The position numbers and the translations under genes were made by a program. From assembly GCA_963662655.2 (NCBI GenBank), contig CAXXTU010000002.1:800001-864000 (forward strand): DNA of 64,000 bases. Reading direction: 5' to 3'. Numbering within the stretch: position 1 is the stretch's first letter; every line of letters starts with the position of its first letter. The notes beneath the pieces were generated by a model. The model was not told where the DNA came from. It was given only the letters and a program-made list of their open reading frames with translations, and did not search any database. This DNA comes from Candidatus Cloacimonadales bacterium (GTDB lineage: Bacteria; Cloacimonadota; Cloacimonadia; Cloacimonadales; JAIOQZ01). Positions 47,926 to 56,800 of the stretch are shown here, one piece after another.

Positions 47926-48882
47926 TTATTTAATGATTTTCGCACCTTTCAACTTCAGTGTGTCGAAATGAATCCCAAGTTTTGCGGCAATCGACATGTT
48001 CAAGCAGACAAAGCCCTGTTTGTTCTCTGTGATCGGGATGCTAGATGGAGGAGTACCGCGAAGGATCTCCAACGCGGTTTCTGCCGCCCAGCTTCCCTGC
48101 TCCGAGGCTTTTTTCGAGAAGCTGACCAATGCGTAGCTTTCCATCCACTCGAGATTTGTGCCGCTTGGTATTTCGGTGTTTTCGAGAACAAACGTCTTCG
48201 CTTCTTGATCGTCCCAACCGATCGTATTCACGCTGTTACCGATAATCAGTATATCCACGTTGGACTGAAGCGATTTGAAGTTGGTTTTCCACTGGTCGAA
48301 ATCCGTTACGAAAACCTCTTCAAGTTCGATCCCGAACTTCTTCTGCAGGTTTTCTACTTCCTTCCGCGCACTGTACGTATCGGACTCAAGGAATCCGATC
48401 CTGTCGCCTTTCGCGTATTTTTGTAGCATTTTAACCAGAAGCCCGATTGGGCTGACCTCCAGCATTCCCGTGGTGTTGTCGAAGGGCAGGCCATATACGG
48501 AAGCATCCCAGTTGATGCCACAGAAGACTACCGGTGTTTCCGAATCCTTGAAAAAGGGAACAATCAAATAATTCGCAGCATTGTCATCCGATGCGATGAC
48601 GACATCCGGCTTCCACGCATCGATTACCTTTTTCGCTTCGAGCGCTGCGTTGATTTTGAATTCTTCAGACGTATTGTTCTTTGTATCCATGCGGAAAATT
48701 TTCAGCTCTGCTCCGGAAGGATCGATTACGCCCCTTACTCCGGCAGTTATACTATCGCTCCAAGCATACCCGGCATGATACGAGTCAACATAGAGTATTC
48801 TTTTTCCGACAAAATCAAGTGTGTAACTCGCTTGAACGCAGATATATATAAAGAAAGTTATCCATATGAATCGCTTCATCAT
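47926..48882 (-). CDS. Periplasmic substrate-binding protein, tandem paralog
   Basis: Colinear and highly similar to 46930-47883. Confidence 0.85.
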   Translation of the reverse strand: MMKRFIWITFFIYICVQASYTLDFVGKRILYVDSYHAGYAWSDSITAGVRGVIDPSGAELKIFRMDTKNNTSEEFKINAALEAKKVIDAWKPDVVIASDDNAANYLIVPFFKDSETPVVFCGINWDASVYGLPFDNTTGMLEVSPIGLLVKMLQKYAKGDRIGFLESDTYSARKEVENLQKKFGIELEEVFVTDFDQWKTNFKSLQSNVDILIIGNSVNTIGWDDQEAKTFVLENTEIPSGTNLEWMESYALVSFSKKASEQGSWAAETALEILRGTPPSSIPITENKQGFVCLNMSIAAKLGIHFDTLKLKGAKIIK

Positions 48883-48963
48883 ATTATCCTTGCATTTGCG
48901 TATGTAGATAGTTTATGATGAAATCGATAGGTGACAAATGAAAAGTATTGAGTGGAAAAAAAT

Positions 48964-49037
48964 TGGCTGGGATGGAAGGAGTCGAACCCTCACACACGGA
49001 GCCAGAATCCGCTGTCCTACCATTAGACTACATCCCA
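48964..49037 (-). tRNA. tRNA-Gln(CTG)
   Basis: Cloverleaf, loop TT-CTG-GC, GTTCGA T-loop, CCA end. Confidence 0.95.
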
Positions 49038-49059
49038 GCACGAATATTTAATATATATA

Positions 49060-49133
49060 TGGCAAGGCCGGGAGGATTCGAACCCCCGAATGCCAGGACC
49101 AAAACCTGGTGCCTTACCGCTTGGCGACGGCCT
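49060..49133 (-). tRNA. tRNA-Gln(TTG)
   Basis: CCAGG-TT-TTG-GT-CCTGG anticodon arm, CCA end. Confidence 0.95.
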
Positions 49134-49140
49134 TGCATAA

Positions 49141-49234
<94 letters not shown>

Positions 49235-49256
49235 AGCAGCATATAAAGATCTTAAG

Positions 49257-49342
49257 TGGCGGAGGATGAGGGACTCGAACCCCCAAGGGCAAAGCCCGGC
49301 GGTTTTCAAGACCGCTGTCTTACCAATTAGAACTAATCCTCC
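49257..49342 (-). tRNA. tRNA-Ser(TGA)
   Basis: GCGGT-CT-TGA-AA-ACCGC, variable arm, GCCA end. Confidence 0.95.
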
Positions 49343-49666
49343 ACGTCTGTATCGAGTGATACAAAAAAAACTGACGGCTTCTGATGTCAACGATTTTTTT
49401 CACTTTTCCGCAATGAAATCCCCCGCCTGGGCCGGCAATCCCGCTGTGGAATTCGTGAACTCTTTACCATTGCTTTACATAGAGTCTATTCTGTGGCATG
49501 TCTCCCGTCAAATGAATATATCTTCATTATGTCTTTCCCAAGAAACTGTGATGTTGTCGGTGATCGTGAGTTAGGCTTCTCCACCTTCCAGCGATTGCCG
49601 TAATGCACGATATCGAGCATCCCTTGTACGGAAGCGCACAAAAGGCACCTTGAGCCGACGTCTATC

Positions 49667-49836
49667 TGTCATCCTTGAGCTGTGATTTTGTTCATAAAAT
49701 CGAGTCCATCAACAGAGTCGAAGGGGCATTCAATGATGATTTCATCCTTCGACTCCGCTCAGGATGACAGAGAAAGAAAACTCAGGATGACAGAGAAAGA
49801 ATACTCAAGATGACAGAGAAAGAAAACTCTGGATGA
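49667..49836. repeat. Expanded family C copy, inverted core copy, and a 23-bp tandem repeat
   Basis: 49667-49725 (+), 49745-49769 (-); CTCAGGATGACAGAGAAAGAAAA-like units at 49758, 49781, 49804 and a partial unit at 49827. Confidence 0.88.
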
Positions 49837-49956
49837 AACGTTTCATTAGATGCTTATCCACTTAGTTTGTAAGTGATCCAAATTTTCTCATTGACATCCG
49901 GCATTTACGAATCAGATTATTAGAAAAACTTTTTACCACGCAGAAAGGGATTGTGG

Positions 49957-51750
49957 ATGGCAAAAACCGGGTTCTTCTACGGCATCTCTCAGGAGCTATC
50001 GAGAATACGCATCGCCAGCTTGCGTTGCGTTGACGACCAGCTATACATCGATCAACTTCTTGAAGAATCGCTACCCGTCGAAGAGCATCAAGAAGAGGAA
50101 GATTCCTTCTTCAACGATTACGACTTCGGAGCTCCAGCTCCATCCGGCGATTCTCCAGCCGAATTCGAGACCCTCGATGATGATCAACAGGCAGAGATTG
50201 CCGAAGAAACCATGACCAGCCAGCATATCCTGCGAAACCTGATCGACAGCCTTTCCATGCAAGATGCGAAGATCGCCTTGAATATGGATGTGTTCAATGT
50301 GGAATACAAGATCATTCGTACCGGCAATAAGAAGGGACGCAAGAAACTTCTGGAGCAGGTTCGCCGCGCTTTCGCCGATAAGGGCGCTCCGCAGAGAGCT
50401 TTCACCTATTTCGATCAGAATGACGAAGCGATTATCGGCGTAAAGAACTCCGGGCGGCTTGAACTCCTCGAGAGATTCATAGACGCGAGCCAGGTAACTC
50501 CCCGAAAGTTCCTCCAGTACCGAAGCCTGCAAACCAATGAAATGGCCCTCATCAACGCTTTGCGCTATCACTACACGTTGGGCGACGATGAAATCAGCGC
50601 GATCTTCTATATCGGAGAGGACTACAGCCGTGTCATCCTGATGCAGGGATTTCAGTTCATCAACGCCCTTCCGATCATCAACGAAGGCGCGGAATCGGAG
50701 AACGTGGTCGTTCGCGTCCACAGTCGTTTCCTTTTGGAGCGCCAACAGAGCGCTCTACCCCACCTGGATAGAATCTTCCTTGCCGGCAGTAAAATGAGCC
50801 GCAGCAAGCTGGATTATCTACGCGAGAGTGAATCGGATATCAAGGTTGAATATCTTCTGCCGCGGGCTTTTATGCATGACGATCTCGACTTTACCGAAGA
50901 AGAGCTTTCCTCATACATTATCCCTATATCGCTTGCGACGAATATCGCCAAACCAAAGCATCCTCTCCTGATTCACTCCGATTTCCTGCCGAAGTTCATT
51001 CTGGAGCAGCAAAACGTCCTTTCGATCAGCGTTCCGGGATTCATGGTGCTACTCATTTTATTGATGGTGTCGTACTTGTTTCTCGAGAGCACCTTCTCAT
51101 CTTTGAGCGCGAATTCGGCGGTAAATCTGGAGATTGAAATGATCGAGAATCAGGTCGATATCAATCATCAGGTTCTCGATTCCCTGGCGACGATCACCCG
51201 TCAGATCGAAAAGCATGAAGCGGACATGGGATATTACCGCAAGTATATTGGCAACAGCAATCTATGGCATTACATCATGGACCGTCTGGGCGATGAATTC
51301 CAAGTGAACTCTCTCACCTGGGCTTCGAACCTGATGAAGGAGGATGGCAGAATCCGCCTTCAGGGAAGCACGACCTCACGGAACAACATCGTTCGTTTCT
51401 CCCGCATCTTTCCGGGTAGCGAGGTGAAGAAGATCGAACAGCGAGAGATCGAGGATTACACCGTTTGGGACTTCGAGATTTATTTCGATATGCCCGATCC
51501 CCTGGAATCGCAGCGAGAAGATCAGGAACTGCGCAAGAAGGCCAAGGGCACGTCCACCCCATTTGCGGAGTACGACGAAGCGGATTCGAGCAAAATCTAC
51601 GTTGTCCAGAAGGGAGATAATCCCGCAACCATCGCCAGGAAGCTTGGCGTCAGCGTTGAGCGTATCGAGCAGATCAACAACCTGAAATCCAAAGAGACGA
51701 AAGGAAAGCGTATCCTGCTCGTGTTCCCGGGGCAAAAACTCCGCTACTGA
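49957..51750 (+). CDS. PilM-like/PilN-like membrane protein with C-terminal LysM domain
   Basis: FYIGEDYSRV and IFLAG (actin-like), one TM, coiled coil, RLQG segment, YVVQKGDNPATIARKLGVSVERIEQIN (LysM). Confidence 0.65.
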   Translation: MAKTGFFYGISQELSRIRIASLRCVDDQLYIDQLLEESLPVEEHQEEEDSFFNDYDFGAPAPSGDSPAEFETLDDDQQAEIAEETMTSQHILRNLIDSLSMQDAKIALNMDVFNVEYKIIRTGNKKGRKKLLEQVRRAFADKGAPQRAFTYFDQNDEAIIGVKNSGRLELLERFIDASQVTPRKFLQYRSLQTNEMALINALRYHYTLGDDEISAIFYIGEDYSRVILMQGFQFINALPIINEGAESENVVVRVHSRFLLERQQSALPHLDRIFLAGSKMSRSKLDYLRESESDIKVEYLLPRAFMHDDLDFTEEELSSYIIPISLATNIAKPKHPLLIHSDFLPKFILEQQNVLSISVPGFMVLLILLMVSYLFLESTFSSLSANSAVNLEIEMIENQVDINHQVLDSLATITRQIEKHEADMGYYRKYIGNSNLWHYIMDRLGDEFQVNSLTWASNLMKEDGRIRLQGSTTSRNNIVRFSRIFPGSEVKKIEQREIEDYTVWDFEIYFDMPDPLESQREDQELRKKAKGTSTPFAEYDEADSSKIYVVQKGDNPATIARKLGVSVERIEQINNLKSKETKGKRILLVFPGQKLRY

Positions 51751-51751
51751 G

Positions 51752-52285
51752 CTATTTGATAATCACGCTCGTCTGCAATACCATATTCTCGATGAAGTCG
51801 CGAAACAGGTTGAAGCGGACTTTGTCATCCTTTACGAGGGCTGTTTCCTGCTGCAAGCTATCCGCATTGATCCTGAATGTTGCATCATCCGCAAACACAA
51901 TCTTCGTGTAGAGGTCCGTGTTGATCGGGAAGAATATCTTCACCCCGGCGTCTTTTGCGTCCCGTTCAATCGTCAGGCGTTCGCTTTCAATTGTCACAAT
52001 CTCGTCATCCAGGCCAATTACGAGCTCCATGGGTGGTTCGATTACCTTCAATCCAGTGACATCACAGACAATATACCACATCGAGCGCACTCCTTTTTTC
52101 TCGAACTGAAGGAAGAAGCTCGTGTTCGCGTCTGCGATCGTGGGTTTTCCCGTAAAAGCGGCGTCGTTGGAGTAGTAGATTTGCACACCTCGTTCAGAAT
52201 CTTCAACGTGATGGACATCGAATTGCGTGGTTGAGCATCCTGCCAATAGGAGGATACTTGCGAGTAAGATCAAGATTGTCTTCAT
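51752..52285 (-). CDS. Hypothetical lipoprotein
   Basis: MKTILILLASILLLAGC; RBS GAGGAGG. Confidence 0.8.
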   Translation of the reverse strand: MKTILILLASILLLAGCSTTQFDVHHVEDSERGVQIYYSNDAAFTGKPTIADANTSFFLQFEKKGVRSMWYIVCDVTGLKVIEPPMELVIGLDDEIVTIESERLTIERDAKDAGVKIFFPINTDLYTKIVFADDATFRINADSLQQETALVKDDKVRFNLFRDFIENMVLQTSVIIK

Positions 52286-52351
52286 AATTGCCTCCTCGCG
52301 ATGAATTGGATGCATTTTTTATGCCTTTCATTCTGCTGAGCAATGTGCGAT

Positions 52352-52476
52352 GTTCGTGGAATCTTCGCCCAATCCCCTTACCGACGTATATATACCACAC
52401 CATAGGACTATCGAGCGCAATAAAATGGTGTGAAACAATACGTCGGTAAGGGGATTGAACGAATCTTCTCACGAAC
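52352..52476 (+). repeat. Family A folded element (most perfectly paired copy)
   Basis: GTTCGTG/CACGAAC; perfect 20-bp stem CAATCCCCTTACCGACGTAT/ATACGTCGGTAAGGGGATTG; CACACCAT/ATGGTGTG. Confidence 0.9.
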
Positions 52477-52514
52477 CGAGAATATTTCGGGCTGGACGGG
52501 GTCGATGAAGTGAA

Positions 52515-53558
52515 TTAGAGAAGGATATTCAGTATTCCCGCGTTATCAGTCGTTTCGCCTATGATGGCGGCGACTTCGCAGGTATCCTGTAGGATTTGGA
52601 GTAGCTTGTCGGATTTTGCTTTCGGCACAGAAAGAAGCAGACCGCCCGAGGTTTGGGGATCGAAAAGGATATCGAGAATCCACTGCGGGATCGCATTGCC
52701 GTTTGTCATGTGATTCATCCGGTAGCTGATATTGCCTTTGGTTCCGCCGGGCACCAGCTTCATTTTAGCCATTTCGATCGTCTTCGGATACAGTGGAATC
52801 TCTTCGAAGAAAAGATCGATCCCGGTGCAGGTGTTCTGGATCATCTCGCAGATATGACCGGCCAGACCGAAGCCCGTGATATCGGTGCAAGCTGTGACGG
52901 GGAAGTTTGCGAGCGCTTCCGCGGCCGCTTTGTTCAGCGTGGCCATGGAATCGGTAACGATCCTGATTAAATCTTCCGATGCTTTCCCTTGCCGGATGGC
53001 GGTGTTCACGATTCCATTTCCGATAGGCTTGGTGAGAATCAGGTGCTCGCCCGGTGAAGGCGTGTTGTTGAGCAGTATCTTCTTCGGATCGATCAGGCCC
53101 GTCACCGCCAGGCCGTATTTGACGCTGTCGTCTTTGATGCTGTGACCGCCCAGCAGAGCGCACTTCGCTTCTCTCAGTTTGCTCATGCCGCCTTCGGCAA
53201 TCGATTTGAGAACGGAGACGTCGAGCTTGTGTAGCGGAAAGCAGACGATGCTGAGCGCGGTAATGGGCTTCCCTCCCATCGCGTAGACGTCGGAGAGAGA
53301 ATTTGCGGCAGCGATCTGCCCGAATGCGTATGGATCATCGACAACCGGCGGGAAGAAATCAACCGTCTGGACCAGCGCCTGGCGATCGGAGATTTTGAAC
53401 ACACCCGCGTCCTCGCTATGCCGATAATCGACAAGCAGTTCCGCGTATTGCGGCTGGGTCAGATCCCCCAGGGATTCGGTTAAGACACACGGTCCTAACT
53501 TGGCAGCGCAACCGGAATACTCGGAGTACTGCGTCAAACGGATTTTTTCTGCTTCCAT
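52515..53558 (-). CDS. selD: Selenide, water dikinase (Cys form)
   Basis: RLTQYS..SGCAAK, EDAGV, QTVDFF, AANSLSDVYAMGG, GGHS, TDITGFGL, DPQTSGGLL. Confidence 0.97.
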   Translation of the reverse strand: MEAEKIRLTQYSEYSGCAAKLGPCVLTESLGDLTQPQYAELLVDYRHSEDAGVFKISDRQALVQTVDFFPPVVDDPYAFGQIAAANSLSDVYAMGGKPITALSIVCFPLHKLDVSVLKSIAEGGMSKLREAKCALLGGHSIKDDSVKYGLAVTGLIDPKKILLNNTPSPGEHLILTKPIGNGIVNTAIRQGKASEDLIRIVTDSMATLNKAAAEALANFPVTACTDITGFGLAGHICEMIQNTCTGIDLFFEEIPLYPKTIEMAKMKLVPGGTKGNISYRMNHMTNGNAIPQWILDILFDPQTSGGLLLSVPKAKSDKLLQILQDTCEVAAIIGETTDNAGILNILL

Positions 53559-53804
53559 AATTGCTGATTGCAATCAATTTCTTTCTTCCGGAGATTTCTT
53601 GTAAAGCTTTTTATATGTAAAACTCAAGCTTTCATTGCTGAACCAAGATCAAGCGATAATATAAATTACGAATAATATTCGGTGCGGTAAATCTCTTGAC
53701 AATATCCATTTTCAGTGCTAATATTTAAATTGTAGAAATTGCGTATGTCAAAATACATTCACAACCAGTATAAGAGATTGAAAACAATAAATAAGTGAGG
53801 CATT

Positions 53805-56800
53805 ATGAAGTATGTTCTATCCGTTTTACTTATTGCATTTGCGGTGGCTATTGCCGCCCAGACAGCGGATTTTTACGCTGATGTCACGACTGTTGGCGCG
53901 CGGGAATACGTTACGTTCATTTCCGTATGTGATCCGATTCCTTCGTTGTACCTATGGAATTTTGGAGACGGATACGGTGATGGACAAAGCAATCCGGCCC
54001 ATATTTACCAATCGGGCGGGCTTTACACCGTTACGCTGACGGCAGTGTGGTGGACGCATGGAAGTCAGACTGTCGAAAAGCAGAACTACATCAATGTTCT
54101 GGAAGCAGATTTCTCCGTCGCTCAGCAGTCAGGCAACGCACCATTCAGTGCATCGTTTTACGATAACTCGTTAGGTCGCTACAGCACCGCGATATGGGAT
54201 TTTGGCGACGAAACCGATCCTGTGGTCATCGGCCCCGCGACGCAGGTTTTTCATCGGTACGAAACCGGCGGAGATTACGATGTGACATTGACGATCTCCG
54301 ATAGCACCGGCGTGCAGCACTCCAAGACGATAACGGATGCCATCCACGTGAATGACGACCTATCCGTCGATTTCCAGGCAGATATTACGACCGGTCCCGC
54401 CCCGCTGAACGTTCATTTCTATTCTGAGGTGACGGGCAATATCCAGTCCTACGAGTGGGATTTCGGGGACGAGTCGGGACCGAGCTACGATGCAGACCCC
54501 TTCCACACGTACACGACGAATGGCATCTACACCGTCTCGCTGACGGTTTCCGACGGTTCGGACGAGGCAACGGCCACCCACCAGGACTACATCGTCGTCG
54601 GAACGGTGGTTGATACCTCACAGCCCATCGATAATGCCTTGTGGGACTTCCAGTCCAGCCCGTTCATTGTTAACGACAATTTACAGATTGGCCAGGGAGG
54701 GCAACTCGTGATCGAGCCAGACGTTGTCGTCTGCTTCCGTGAAGGCTTCGTTCTCCAGAACAATGGTAATCTTGAGGCGCAAGGCGCAACGTTTCGAGGG
54801 ATCGAATCCGGAAGCTGGGGTGGCCTCATCTATAGCTCGGGATCTGGCGGAACGCTGAGTTACAGCGAGATTCTCAACGCCACGAACGGTATATCGATCC
54901 TGCGAAGCGGCCGTGACAATCCGAGAACCCCTACGCTTTCAAACATCCGCATCAAGACGTCGGACTCCGCCACCAGACCTGCAGGAACCGGCCTCTCGGT
55001 GGAGGGCGATTTCTCAGGGACTCTCGATGGCATAACCATCGAGAACTACGCCTTCGGTATCGATATCGACAATACACAGGCAACCTCGACGCCCACGCTG
55101 AGCAACATCCGAGTGAAGCAGAGCGATTCGGCAACCAGGACTTACGAAGACGCGATCAACATCACGGGTAACTGCGATCCCGTTCTGCAGAACATCAATA
55201 TCGAGAATTACAACATCGGTATCGTGATCGACGACACGGGCAGCGATCCACTCTCGACGCCCACTCTTTCGAACATTCGCATCAAGACTTCCGACTCGGC
55301 GACGAGAAGCGTCACCCAGGCGATCCTGCTGATGAACGCGACGGATGTTCAGATCGGCGGTACGACCGCCAACGATTCCATCATCATCGAAGGCTATCCC
55401 ATGGGAATCGAAATCTATCAATCCTTTCTGCGGAGCAGATCGACCCCTACCCTATCCAATATCCGCATCAAGCAAAGCGATTCTGCGACACGAATCGACA
55501 CTTCAGCGATCCTGATTCACGGCCCGGTCGATGCGCATATCGAAGGCGTGATCATCGACGGTTTCATGACGGGTATCGATTATTATCAGACAGGTGATGT
55601 CCGGGATACGCCAACGCTATCCAATATCCGCATCAAGCAGAGCGATTCTGCGACCCGGTCGCAAAAAACAGGCATCAGGGTCGACAATATCGAATCCATC
55701 ATTATCGGTGGTGAAGCTGTTTCCGACTCGGTCATCATCGAGAACTGCGATATCGGAATATCGGTGTTCTCCAACCGTGGCAGAAGCAGGGCCACGCCGA
55801 CGTTGAGCAACATCCGTATAAAAACCAGCGACTCGGCCACGCGTGAATCGACAAGCGGATTCAATTTCAACGGATCCGTCGTCGCGAACCTGAAGAACGC
55901 GATCATCGAAGGTTGCCAGTACGGTATCTTCTACGATATGAGTCCAGCGCTGCGGGACCGCTCCACGCCGACTCTTTCCAACATCCGCATCAAGCAGAGC
56001 GATTCGGCGACAAGAGAGCTCAATACGGGTATCTTCCTTCAGAACGTAGACGCAATCATTGTGGGCGATTCCACGCATGCGGCGGATATCGTGATCGAAG
56101 GCTACCAGACCGGTGTTAGAGTAACTGCCCCTGATCGGGAAATCTCGACCCCCACGCTGTCCAACATCCGCATCAAGCAGAGCGACTCGGCCACACGGGG
56201 AATTGGCGATGGCGTACACTTCACCGACGGTGCGACCGGCGTGATCCGGAATTGCAAGATCGAAAACTTCGCTAACGCGATTCTCCTTGATAACTGCGGG
56301 GCTGTCTCCGCCTATGGAAACACACTCAACAACAACGATACGGGCTTGAGAGCGAATGTTTCAGCGAGTCCGTTGAAGATTCATCACAACACAATCTATC
56401 TCGATCCGGGATTCGCACATGACCTGAACGGCAACTCGGGTATCATGCTCGATACCGTTTCCGACGCGATGGTCAACAATAACACAATCTACGGATACGA
56501 CATCGGTACTTCGGCGAATTATTCGAATGCGATTTGGAGCATGAACATCGTATGGAGCGACGATCAATATGATCAGGCGATCAACAACATGGACGCCACC
56601 TCGACCGTGCAGGCTCGCTACAACAACATGCTCAATTACTCCGACGGCACAGGCAACATCGACCTGAATCCAAGATTCATCGACGCGCCGACGGGTAACT
56701 TCACTCTCAGGGCAAACAGCCCATGTATCAACGCCGGTGATCCCGACTTCAACAACAACGGCTCCGACTGGACCGTTGACCCGATGGATCAAGATCCCGA

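Noticed and set aside
49257..49342. tRNA-Sec (TCA appears on the + strand and selD is nearby)
   Set aside because: The gene is on the minus strand with anticodon TGA and an ordinary serine-type structure.
49758..49836. Mini CRISPR array
   Set aside because: Units are head-to-tail with no unique spacers.
52352..52476. SECIS-like element tied to selD
   Set aside because: selD has no in-frame TGA, and the hairpin belongs to a dispersed family found beside unrelated genes.
54927..56198. CRISPR-like repeat-spacer pattern
   Set aside because: The repeats are in frame, vary at synonymous positions, have spacers over 100 bp, and no cas genes are present; it is a protein repeat.
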